NCBI GenBank assembly: GCA_964035545.1
Contig: OZ037771.1
Span: 11,040,480-11,104,479 of the forward strand
DNA: 64,000 nt
From: Bugula neritina
Taxonomy: Eukaryota > Animalia > Bryozoa
Direction: 5' to 3'
The notes beneath the pieces are model-generated. The model had not been told where the DNA came from and ran no database searches. It saw nothing but the letters and a program-made list of their open reading frames with translations. Positions 17,273 to 30,938 of the stretch are shown here, in pieces. Made by a program: the position numbers and the translations under genes. How positions within the stretch are numbered: the first letter of the stretch is position 1; each line of letters begins with the position of its first letter.

Positions 17273-19199
17273 CCTAAAGGTATAGGCATGAAAATGGTGC
17301 AATGATGATGCAATACACAAGTATGATATCACTGTCAGCAGAAAATAAACAGATATTTTACTATTGAATTAAAAGATAATGAAAACAAAAGCATGTTGAG
17401 GAGGTTAATAAAATAAAATGGTGAAATTTACTGTTGTAAAAATTATATGTATATTTCCAAAAGGCTAAGTAGCCAACCCACTACAGCTATTGACCTTGTA
17501 GGGTTATGCAATACATCATTCAAGTCATATAATATGAGTTATTGTTAAATGGTTAATAAAATTTGGCTATAATTAGTACTTTACTAATCATATATGTCAG
17601 CAGTAAAATTTTTGAACAAGAAAGTTCTATATTCAAGTGCATATGACAAATATAATTTAAACATTTTTTATTATAAATTTTTATAGTTTTTTTAGCACCA
17701 GGCTTTCTTTAAATTATAGAAATTTGAGATTGGGATATAATATTTAAATTTGGAATGATGTGTTACAGGTTTAAGCTTTTATAGGTTTATTTCCTTTATC
17801 ATAGTAAAAGCTAAATCAGCTCTTATTTCTGTTTATATATGCATACATTTTATTTGTTACACGCCAAAGTTTAAAAAACTACCCTACCATACTTTTGCTA
17901 TTTACTAATAATAATCTATGTAAATATGCTTTACGGGATGTAGTTTATTGCTAGGGACTTTATTTCTACGATGTTGTATGCAACATTCTTACTATATAAA
18001 TTTTCAAAGCAAAAGCATATATAAAAAAGTTTTTGTTATGTAGCTAATGTATAGATATTTATGCACATTATATACTGACTTTATTCTCTCTGTACTACTC
18101 CACTCTAGCTAAAATGTTCTGTGTACAAAAACTTATACTCGTTATAATCTTAAAAGGAAGTCTAAATCTTGTGCAATTATTATAGTTATAATATGTAAAA
18201 GCAAAACAATAAATTTACGCTATACGATAATATCAAGTATAAGAAACATAAAAATCAAAGACTTGTAAGAATATCTTGCAAGAATTATTTCAGTGGTAAA
18301 TGTTGTAGTATGGCTTTGTTATTATACAAGCATTGAAAGAAAAGAATATGTAAAGCTTTCAAATGGAAAGCTAATGCTTTATGTATATACTGAAGTCGCT
18401 CTCTGTTTAATACAACTCTTAACCTATAATAGCACGTTCTAGTCTCAATGAAGTTTATTTGCAGTTTATTTACGTAATACTACAGTAAAATGGTCAAGTA
18501 ATGACTAACATTGCAGCAACTGAACTTTTGTTTTTTTTTCTATCGTTGCTTGTTTTAGGTTTAATACAGATTTTGTTATACAATTATTACAATTACAGTA
18601 CAACTTAATATAAAAGTAAGGATCATAAAGCCTTTGAAAATAGAATAATATCTTAATTCTTGTTTTTACAAGATAAAACCCCTACTGAACAGAAAAGCAG
18701 CGTCTCACATCAAGCATAATTATTGGAATTTGGTAAATTAGAGGTTTTTAAAACTTTTCCTTCGCTATAGCCCATTTCGCAACTAAATATGGCCATGCAG
18801 TCACATATACCATGAATACCGCACCACAAATATATCATAATCTTACTGCTAAGATAATATAGTGAGCTTATTTATTTGCATGAGGATGGCCTGCGAGTGC
18901 TGTGTATTATACAATCTATCACAAGGAGAAAGGGAGGTTGGGAGTTGCTGCACCAATATTATAGGGGTTTGAGGGTTGTAAAAATGGTGCGTATTATGTG
19001 CAAATGATACACATCATTCTTACAGCTCTCAAATCTATATATAATATTTTGTTTACCTGATTCTTTTTATTCACTAACTTTTATCTTTATTTTTAATGAT
19101 AAAATTCAAAATGAAACTTAATAATATTTCATTTTTATGTGATGGAGTGATATAGTGTCTATTGTATTTATACTTTTCAGCAGTCAAGTTGTATCAAAC

Positions 19200-22100
19200 A
19201 TGGCAAATGCTGAAGTAAAGCGTGAAGTGACAAAGCTTTTGGCCCAGATCAAAGATGAGTTCAAAAAAGATATCAACGTTGAACCAACACTAGAGAGCTT
19301 ATCAATGTTAGATGACTGGGTGTTAAGAGGACAGGTATATATAGGAACTTGCTTACCAATAATGAAATCATCTGTGCATGTTGTCTAATATATACTTCCT
19401 ACCAATTTTAAAGGAAGTAGCTAATATAAAGATAACAATATTCTAGCTCTTTTACATCAGAGTGTAAAGCCTCTGCGGTTAGCATTATGTCATCACAATA
19501 AACAGAAGATAAACATTTGCTGCAGCAGATAGTATTGCATAGAAATATTTGCATGGATTGTTAACTAATCATGCAGTTGCATTTTGTAAAAATGCTTTTA
19601 TATGATAAAACTAACGAAATGGTGGCAGTTACCTTGTTTTAGAAATAACTCCAACCTTAACATTCCAAAAACTCAAATTGTTTACTTTTACTCAATTGAA
19701 TTTTTTAAAGTTCTAGCTAATTTCTGACTTTTAGATAAAAGATGACAATAAAAGAACACAGATTTTATATAAAATTGAAAAGTTTCTACAAAAAAACCAT
19801 TTTACAGTGTCCTATAAACTTTTCAATGACCCAATACATGGAAGCATCAAAGTGCATCCTGTAGCTCAGATCATTATTGATACTCCACAGTTCCAGCGAC
19901 TACGCCACATAAAACAGGTTGGGTTTAACATACTAAGTATCTATTTGACTGTTACAGACTAAAAAATAATATATATGCTCTAGTTTATTTATTAAAATAT
20001 CTCACTATTTATAGTTGGCATCAGTGAACCATGTGTACCCCGGAGCTAATGGCACCAGGTTTGACCATAGTCTGGGAGTTTACCACTTAGCTGGGAAACT
20101 TGTGAATACTTTGAAAGATAATCAACCTGAGCTTGGTCTGACAAAGGCGGATTGTCTTTGTGTAGAGGTAAAACTTCATTATAGGTCACTTTACTCTATT
20201 TAGTGCATGCACTGAATAAAATCATTTTTGCCTGATTTATATAAAAAAAACTCTTGTTCCTACTATATATGTTTTCTTTTGTTGCAAACTAATTAAATGC
20301 CCGCAATTAAATCTAAATATTCAGATTTTTTCAATTTTCTTACAGTTACTATGTTTTTTTGTTTATTTATTTGTAAAAAAGCACAGGCTATATAAGTGAC
20401 GATTTTTGCAACTTTTAGTTATTGAAAAACTTTGTGGTATATAGTAATCTTATGAAGTATTTTTTTTTAATCTACATGTACTACAGTTTTTGATTATTTG
20501 AATGAGATGCAATCTCTACCAACATTTTCATTTAGTGGTTATAATATAAGCAAAATTGTGGTGCAGCATAGATGCTGGTCCGGTTCCTTAAATACGAGCT
20601 TGCGTTTTTATTTCAAATAGGGGCTTTAGTGTTGCAAAACCTGCACTTAGTTTTTTTTTATTACGATGTTTACAAGCAGCTAGTACATGGAAATACCTCC
20701 AATCACAAATTTCTTTTTTTACTCCTATATTTGCTAATGTCACTAAAAATAAAATGACCCACAGTTGTACTTAGATATATAATTACTTTACAATCCAGCA
20801 ATAAAAATAGTTCAAAAAAGTAAATATATATAAATAAATTAAAATTGAAAACATTAATTATATAAAATCTTTATACTGACATCCAGTTTTGATAAATCTG
20901 TTAAAATAATATGTTTGCATATATTTGTCACAATTTTAAATATCCATTATATGCCACAATGATTATTACTGATAGCTTTACTTTAAATTATAAATTTTTG
21001 AAACTGATCTTAATAAGCTCAAATATTTATGTTGGGAAGTAATTTTTAGACGTTGAACTTTATTAGTCTGAAGAGATGGCCATTTGACACACATATCCTG
21101 CTGCCAGCATTTAGCTACTTAAGTTCAAAAAGTCAAAATGATGAGAGAATATTAAGACACTTTTGATAAAATCCATTTGGTAACTTAAACTTAGTCTAAC
21201 ATATATTTAATGTTGGGAAGTGAACTTAGTTAATCGAGCTGTATGTCAGTTGCAAGAACTTGATGGTATAATAGCTTTTAAATGCTTAAATGAGCAAACT
21301 TTCCCATTTTAAATAGACATAGACCTAAAAATATTTTGTTCAAAACTGAAAATAATGCCCAAGTGGTTGTGATTGATTATATTGTTTTTTATTTATGATG
21401 TACAGCTAGCTGGCCTATGCCATGATATGGGACACGGACCATTCTCACACCTGTTCGAGGATGTGGTAGCTGACTTGCAAGATCATGAAAATCAATGCAA
21501 GAGTGAAGAAGCTGACTCATCAGAAGCACCAAAAGGTGAAAGTAAAGAGCGATGGAAGCATGAAAAGAACACAATTAAAATGCTGAATTATCTTTTTAAT
21601 TATAATGAAAGCATTAAAGAAGAGTTTTCTACTTGGGGTTTAGTTGATGCTGATAAGGAGTTTATTAGAAGTTTGATCGAAGGCAAGGAGGTAAGAAGAG
21701 CTGACTTTCCACATTTTTAGTAAAGCAAAATTTTGGCAAGATATATTGTCTTTTGATGTACGTAGCTAAAATATTGTAGTGAATTTTGCCAGAAGAGTTA
21801 TCCTTTCGATAATAACATAATCTAAAATCCATTACAATATAGTAAAAATGCAATTTTCATTAGTTTAGTGGTGTATTTGTTGCTTATTTTGTTTATGATT
21901 TACAGTATATGTTTTGTTTTGAAGCGTTAAAAGATTTTAAATAGCAGTATTTTTGAATGCGTATAGAATGTAGTTATAAGAATTTTACTTTAGCTTTACT
22001 CAAATATATATCTTTTGCTTTATATTCACTATATTGCATAGGCACACAACTGCAGATTGGTAAGTGACTAAAAAGTAAGAAACAAAGAAAATTCAGCACG

Positions 22101-25100
22101 AATACAAGATCTTATATTTTATATTTTATATTTTATAGCTATAGCCTATACACAATATAAAGTGTTGGCAAAACTTTTAAATAAGTGACTAATTTATACT
22201 ATAGAATAAGAATACAGGACGAGACGACTCAAAGTCTTTCCTCTATCAGATTGTTGCAAACAATGAAAGTGGAATAGATGTTGATAAGTGGGACTATGTG
22301 GTTAGAGATGCTCACTACTTGGGTATGTACTAAGTTTGTACAACTGTATTTTATATGCTAATTTGTAAAATATTTCATATAGTTATGATAGAATTTCTTC
22401 ACTATATAATAAAACTAGCAACAAGTGTAATCGGACGCAAAAAAAATTAGAAAAGCTTACAACATAATAACTTTTATAAAGTAAATACGATTATTTACAA
22501 GATAGTTTAGCTGATGAAAGGTTTCAAATGACCATTTTGAGATAATAGACTCAATGTAAAAGAATGAGCATGCAATAAAACTTCAAAAATATTTTAATTT
22601 CCATAATACTGTGCGAATTAAAAAACAAGATAAAGTTTTAGTACAAGCAGACATGGCAAAAAATCAAGTTGAAATATTATATGTAATAAAACAGCTTCTA
22701 CTAAAAGTTGCAATTTAAATTAAAAGCACTGCCAGTTTCATATGCATATTTAATGTGTCTCTTTAAGTAGTAGTGCTAAGATTACTATTTGAAAACTACA
22801 AAATGTTATGCATGTGAATCACAACGATATTAAAGTTATTAAATTGTTGTAGGTTATCTTTATTAACACCTGAAATTGTTTCTTTTGCTCAGTGACTTCT
22901 AAGTTATAAACTAAAAACAAACTGCAGCTCTACAATTTACTCACACAGATAGATTAAGTTTATAGCAAGCCTAATCACATCTCCTAATTTGATAACAAAA
23001 ACCAACAATAGTTTAGATTAGGTCTAGCTCTTTGTTGCTGAAGAAAAGAATTAGGTTTTGTTTTTATTAACATTGCTTTTAATTATAACTTTTATGTAAT
23101 TTAAATATTATCACAATAAACATTGAAGTGTTCAAAAGTGCTTAAAATATTTTTTTTTTGGAATAAAGATCAATTTTGAGTATGAAAGGCTGCTTCACAC
23201 TGCCAGAGTGATTGAGGTTGATGATGACAACGCTGAAGAATCTTGTATTAAGAAACTTCACATCTGCTTTAGAGATAAAGAGCAGGACTCGGCTTTCAAT
23301 TTATTTCAAACAAGATACAGCTTGCATAAGCAAGGTACTTTAGTTTACTTAACTCTGCCATTATTATTATTTTATTTTAGTCAAATAATTTATATTGTTA
23401 TATAAAATGATTATATATACTACTTATTGCCACTAACTGGTAGTATGATTGAAGATTTCAAATTGTAGAATTACTTTGTTGTTGGGAGATTTATGTTTGA
23501 ATTTGAGGCGAGGGTTTGGAGTTTGAGTTTGGGGGTAGGCATTTGGGTTAGGAGATACAAGGGGTTTGAGTTTGGGATATTTTAGCATTAGTGTGCCACT
23601 TTTACCTACTATTCCATTTGTGATATTTGTGCCATTTTTACCTAAACTCATTTTTATTAGCATACCAACATCCTGTTAAAAGAGCTGTAGAGCTCATGAT
23701 CAAGGATGCAATAGTTGCTGCTGCCCCCCACCTCAGAATTAGGGGGAAGAGTTTACTGGAGTGTTTGGATGATATGGAGAGCTACACTCCTCTTACTGAT
23801 AGCATATTGTATAAGGTATGCTCACAAATTTTTGTCATCCATTTTGCTATTTGTTTAGAGGTATGATTTTTGAAATCTTTCCAGAGTGTTTTACAAAAGA
23901 CCCATGCAGTTGTTATATAACTTCAAGCTACAGTGTAGATTGAGCAGAATGTACTACATGTTACAGTGTTTATATAGCAAATTGTGCACACTGTGTATTA
24001 CATGTTACAGATCTTAGATAGTGAAGAAAAGGAGTTGGAAAAGTCACGGCATATCCTGGAACGACTCCAAAAACGTAAATTGTATATGTGTGTCGAACAA
24101 GCAGAGGTTTCGAGTAAGTTACGTGTATTTACATCTTGAGTTTGTAAGCCGGTTAGGTGTGTTATATAGCCTCATCTAACATAGGATGCCTGTATTTTAT
24201 TATTCTTATTGCAGAAAGTGTTTCTAGCAATGAAAATTAAAGAGATAGCTTTGCGTGACCATAATGTTTCATATTATGGAAAACATTTTTGCTGTGGCCT
24301 CAATTTGACCACTACCTGAGTTTTATTTTTAGATGCTTTATACATTTTAGAACTGCCAGATGGAAAAACCCTAAAGGGGTTGAGAAACCAGCTTGCTAGT
24401 GAACTAGAAGATACAGATTTCACTGTGAGTTTGACTGCCAGACACTTTGGGAAGAACAATGCGAACCCTTTAGATTCCATTTGGTAAGTCAGGTACACAA
24501 ATTTAAAATTTGGGATGGTTAATTGTGAAAACTGTTTGAAAGATTCTTCAACTATGTGTTAAAATTTACTCCTCTGTTTTATCATTGTTTGTTCAGCTCG
24601 TTGCCTGAATGAATATTGAAAAATTTATTTTTAGGTTTTATAAGAAGCAAAATTTAAATGAAGCTTTTCAACTTACCGAAGAGCAGAAGTCTCTTCTCAC
24701 TCCTGCGCAGTTTCAAGATAAGGTATTGTTTGTTCTTTTGTTAGCAAAAAATCTTTATTACTTTTAAAAGCAAAGACAGATATAAATGATGAAGACTTTC
24801 GTTAATTTGGTTGAAACTTTGTTTTTGTCTTCATTTTTGTTATCTGTAACAATCTGATTTTTCTTGAAACTGTTGGCTTGGTTAAAAATTATTCTTTGTC
24901 TAACTTTTCCAATTATTCAGTCGTTTGTCTGCACATAATACCCACATGTATGTAATACCATTGATAGCGCCTCCAGTAAGTAACGTCCACATGCACTATG
25001 CATGGCATCTATAATACTTACATATAATTATTGTTCTAGTCAACACTGAATATCACACAAATGTTTGGGTGGGAGTATGTGATGTTGAGTAATTTGATAG

Positions 25101-25718
25101 TCAGTCAAGTGGAAACTCTAACTATGGAAGATCTACTTAAATAAAACAGTAAACTGATTGTTAACTTGGGCCTATTTGTTACTTTTAAGTCTTCGACTCA
25201 AACAGTTTTCTTATGCAACTAAATAGATTTGATAGGAATGCAGTTTGATACATTTAATAGAACAACCTGAAATGTAAATTGTGTTAATAATTCACAATTT
25301 TGTATTACCAGTGATAAAATAATTGTGTCTTCCAATTATCTAACAATATTGAAATTATGATTTAGTTTGGATTCAAAGTTAAATGATAAATCTAAAACTT
25401 GAGACAAGTCACTGATGATGGCTTGTTGAGTCAGTGGTTTAAATCAATACATTGTTTCTAGCAAGCCAAAAAATTTAAAGAGGCGAGACTGAATCCCACA
25501 AACTTTTGTAACGCATTTTTGGAAAACAAAAGTGAATTTCTACCCATTTAGATTGCAAGCGCATATATTCAATTATATTTCTATCTAAAATAATTTTATT
25601 CACATTGCAGGCCATCACAGTATTCTGCAAAGCTGAGGATGTCAAAGACGAACATTACGAAAGAGTTAGAGAAGTGTTTAGTCGTTATAATCTTCTTTCA
25701 AGGATCTCACATGGCTGA
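19200..25718 (+). CDS. SAMHD1: SAMHD1-like dNTP triphosphohydrolase paralog 2, complete, about 544 aa. Exons 19200-19334, 19735-19917, 20015-20167, 21406-21690, 22205-22322, 23161-23334, 23661-23815, 24011-24113, 24351-24483, 24635-24722, 25611-25718.
   Basis: The exons total 1635 nt and splice into one open frame. Motifs: [114 protein letters not shown]. The N-terminus looks like a degenerate SAM domain. All boundaries are GT-AG except the acceptor before 23161, which reads TG. Confidence 0.93.
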
Positions 25719-25861
25719 CCTTGACCTGTTCTATATTTGTGTTTTATTTCATCTGCTCAATCTAAAAACTAGTTAGCTGAATTTTCATTTCAGTATTTTT
25801 ATATTTTAGCTCTTTTTATTTGATTTTTTTATCCTTTATCAATTACATTATTTAGACAATG

Positions 25862-26032
<171 letters not shown>

Positions 26033-26152
26033 GTGTAGTTTCTATAATTAAAAATGAATCAAAAGAACTCAATATTTCGAAAAAATAGAGTATTTATATT
26101 TGGTACTAATATAATTTTGGATATAAAAATAAACTTAGATCTTCATTCTATT

Positions 26153-26197
26153 GACTACAATATTGTTTCACGTAGTGCGAGCTACGATCATCAGGTC
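26153..26197 (-). ncRNA. Minimal type I hammerhead ribozyme in the PLE 3' UTR
   Basis: The - strand reads GAC-CUGAUGA-U-CGUAG-cucgca-CUACG-U-GAAA-CAAUAUUG-UA-GUC: both core boxes, a 5-bp stem II, palindromic stem III, GUA cleavage triplet and GAC/GUC stem I. Confidence 0.85.
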
Positions 26198-26266
26198 GTT
26201 GTGTGTACGCTTGAGTGATTTTGTTTTGAAATTAGTATTGTTAGTGTATTACTACGCTGGAATGTT

Positions 26267-28402
26267 TTAACTAGCGTCTGTTAAGTGCGCAAGTAAAAAT
26301 TTGCGTTTATGTCTACACGTGGTGGAAAGCTCTTTTCGTTTGTTGAGGGAAGATAATTCCGGTTGTTTTAAAATTATATACTTCTCATAGTTGCATAAAT
26401 TACATCTATTGGTTAGGTTTGAGTATGATTTGCAAATCTTTAAAATATTCCATTTTAAGCTGAATTTCGTTTTGTTGTCTTTTAAATTCCAGATGTGTCT
26501 GCTGAGTTGCGTGCTGTTAGCTTTATCTGCATGTAGGAAAGAGGCTTTGTGGTTATTGAATCTGGTTTTGAAGGTAGTCGAACAGAGTCCTATGTATGAA
26601 TGGCTGGAATTATTGTCCTGTCTTGTTACAGTTGCTTGGTATATTACGTCTTTGTATAAGCATTTACCATTTAGTGGACAGTGGGAAGGTTGTTTGCAGT
26701 TACATTGTGTGTCATTTAGTTTAGTAGCGGTAGTAGGGGTGTGTGCGGTTTTAAGTTTGTGATGGTTCGAGCCATCAATAATATTTTTCATGTTGGGCAT
26801 GCATGAATAGCTAATTTTTATAGTTTTCCTATTGAAAATTTTACTTAGTTGGTTGGATGGTGGAAAGCATTTGTCGATGATTTGAAGAAATTTCTTCCCT
26901 ATTTTGGTTTTTACTGCTGAACTAAAAGGTGGGTTGTACCACAATATGTTTCTGTTTCTATTTCTATTATTGTTGTTGGATTTGGGTGTCGGGTTATATT
27001 TTAATTTATAGTCATATCCACTGTTTGATAGTGCTTCTTGGTACGGTTGTATGGTGGTTTTAAACTCTTCTTCATTGGAGGATAGTGAGCTAAGTCTTCT
27101 ATTTATATTTTCTGGTATGTTTTTCAATACTGCAGGTGGGTGGTCGCTTTGTTTGTGAACGTAGAGGATAGTGTTTCCAGGTTTTGTATAGGGTTTATAG
27201 GATTGGTTAGTCAAGTTGAATGTTACATCTAGAAAGTTTACAACTTTCTTATTGGCTTCTATTGTGATTGAGAGATTAAATTTTCTAAAAAAGTTGCAAA
27301 TTTGTTTTTTGTTCTGTTCTATGTGTCTAGGTGTTCCTTCGCAAACTATGAGTCCATCATCTCTATACAGGCCTAAATTACATTCTATATTCATTTCAGT
27401 AGTTAATAGATTAAGCAAATATATTCCAATTAGTTGGCAGGTTTCGGCGCCGTCATAACTTCCCATAGTGACATCAAAGTTGCTGTTGTGTTTTTTTGTC
27501 CATTGTTCACCATTGGAGATAAGAATGGACTTTTTAGAGTGTAAAATTATTTCCTGGTGTTCAGTTGGTATGCTGGTAAAATGTGACGCAAAGGAAAGGG
27601 CTTTGTAAAGGAGGTCTTCGGTTATTGATGGGTAGAAATTGCATATGTCAAAAGTAATAAATGACTTACTGCTTTTGTTCTTGATGTCTTCAAACCAATT
27701 TATTACTGAGTGGGAGTTTTTCCATATGTTGACTTTTATATGCTGGAGGAGTTTTGTGTTTATATTATCCAATAGTTGTTTGCTGATTATACCGATGTTG
27801 GATTTGGTGGGGTTTATTAGTCTGCAGGATGGTTTGTTATTGAAGTTAGGTTTGTGATCTTTTAAAGTAATAAAAGCTTCTTTCTGGGCTAGTACTTCTA
27901 TTCTGGTGTCTAGATTTAATGATTTGGCGATTATGGTGTCCTTAGTTGTGATTGATTTAGCTAGGTCAGGTGGGGCTTTTTTGTAGTCTTTCGTAATGTT
28001 TTGTTTAATAAGCTCTCTGTATTGGGAAGTAGATAGTTTGTAGAAATTGGTGGTTTTGTCAGCTTTCACTAGCAGTTTGTCATCATTTTTAATATCCTTT
28101 ACATTATTTCTCATTTTGGTTTGCAGTTGATTAGTAAATGATTCAAACCTGATGTTGGTTAGTAGGTTGTATATTTCAGTTTCAAAGTGGTCTAATTCCT
28201 TAATGTGTGGTGTTGGTTTGCTGGTTTTAAAGCCAAAAGTATCTTTAGTAGTAGGCTTGCAGTCTGGGTTTAAGTAGAAGAAAGCTTTCCATCTGACGCA
28301 TATTAAGAATTTCTCAGTCATGTTAATAATCCGTATTAGATAGTCTTTGTTCGTACTTTTCGGAATATTTTTTAGGGAATATCCAAAGTTTAGACTATTC
28401 AT
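26267..28402 (-). CDS. Intact PLE reverse transcriptase + GIY-YIG endonuclease, 711 aa from the first ATG at 28402
   Basis: No internal stops. RT motifs FDICNFYPSI, MGSYDGAE, LYRDDGL, FLDV; Cys-rich linker CNCKQPSHCPLNGKC; GIY-YIG motif VIY...SYIGL...FKTRFNNH; C-terminal CNLC...CRH. Confidence 0.95.
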   Translation of the reverse strand: MNSLNFGYSLKNIPKSTNKDYLIRIINMTEKFLICVRWKAFFYLNPDCKPTTKDTFGFKTSKPTPHIKELDHFETEIYNLLTNIRFESFTNQLQTKMRNNVKDIKNDDKLLVKADKTTNFYKLSTSQYRELIKQNITKDYKKAPPDLAKSITTKDTIIAKSLNLDTRIEVLAQKEAFITLKDHKPNFNNKPSCRLINPTKSNIGIISKQLLDNINTKLLQHIKVNIWKNSHSVINWFEDIKNKSSKSFITFDICNFYPSITEDLLYKALSFASHFTSIPTEHQEIILHSKKSILISNGEQWTKKHNSNFDVTMGSYDGAETCQLIGIYLLNLLTTEMNIECNLGLYRDDGLIVCEGTPRHIEQNKKQICNFFRKFNLSITIEANKKVVNFLDVTFNLTNQSYKPYTKPGNTILYVHKQSDHPPAVLKNIPENINRRLSSLSSNEEEFKTTIQPYQEALSNSGYDYKLKYNPTPKSNNNNRNRNRNILWYNPPFSSAVKTKIGKKFLQIIDKCFPPSNQLSKIFNRKTIKISYSCMPNMKNIIDGSNHHKLKTAHTPTTATKLNDTQCNCKQPSHCPLNGKCLYKDVIYQATVTRQDNNSSHSYIGLCSTTFKTRFNNHKASFLHADKANSTQLSRHIWNLKDNKTKFSLKWNILKICKSYSNLTNRCNLCNYEKYIILKQPELSSLNKRKELSTTCRHKRKFLLAHLTDAS

Positions 28403-28603
28403 TTTCTTGAGAGAGCTCAACTAAGAAGTATTTGTGTAAACATAAGGTATTACTATTTACACAAATAAAATTAGGAGCATGTAATGTAGTTTCTATAATT
28501 AAAAATGAATCAAAAGAACTCAATATTTCGAAAAAATAGAGTATTTATATTTGGTACTAATATAATTTTGGATATAAAAATAAACTTAGATCTTCATTCT
28601 ATT

Positions 28604-28648
28604 GACTACAATATTGTTTCACGTAGTGCGAGCTACGATCATCAGGTC
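28604..28648 (-). ncRNA. Minimal type I hammerhead ribozyme in the pseudo-LTR
   Basis: Identical to 26153-26197, offset by 2451 bp. Confidence 0.85.
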
Positions 28649-28913
28649 GTTGTGTGTACGCTTGAGTGATTTTGTTTTGAAATTAGTATTGTTAGTGTAT
28701 TACTACGCTGGAATGTTTTAACTAGCGTCTGTTAAGTGCGCAAGTAAAAATTTGCGTTTATGTCTACACGTGGTGGAAAGCTCTTTTCGTTTGTTGAGGG
28801 AAGATAATTCCGGTTGTTTTAAAATTATATACTTCTCATAGTTGCATAAATTACATCTATTGGTTAGGTTTGAGTATGATTTGCAAATCTTTAAAATATT
28901 CCATTTTAAGCTG

Positions 28914-30938
<2,025 letters not shown>

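Noticed and set aside
19808-19917. Alternative acceptor TTTACAG at 19807 for the second SAMHD1 coding exon
   Set aside because: Out of phase with the preceding exon; the acceptor at 19734 gives an open frame.
26267-28420. Naiad/Chlamys-type or selenoprotein-coding PLE; TTG start at 28420
   Set aside because: The GIY-YIG domain is C-terminal and there is no in-frame TGA. For a eukaryotic element the ATG at 28402 is the more plausible start.
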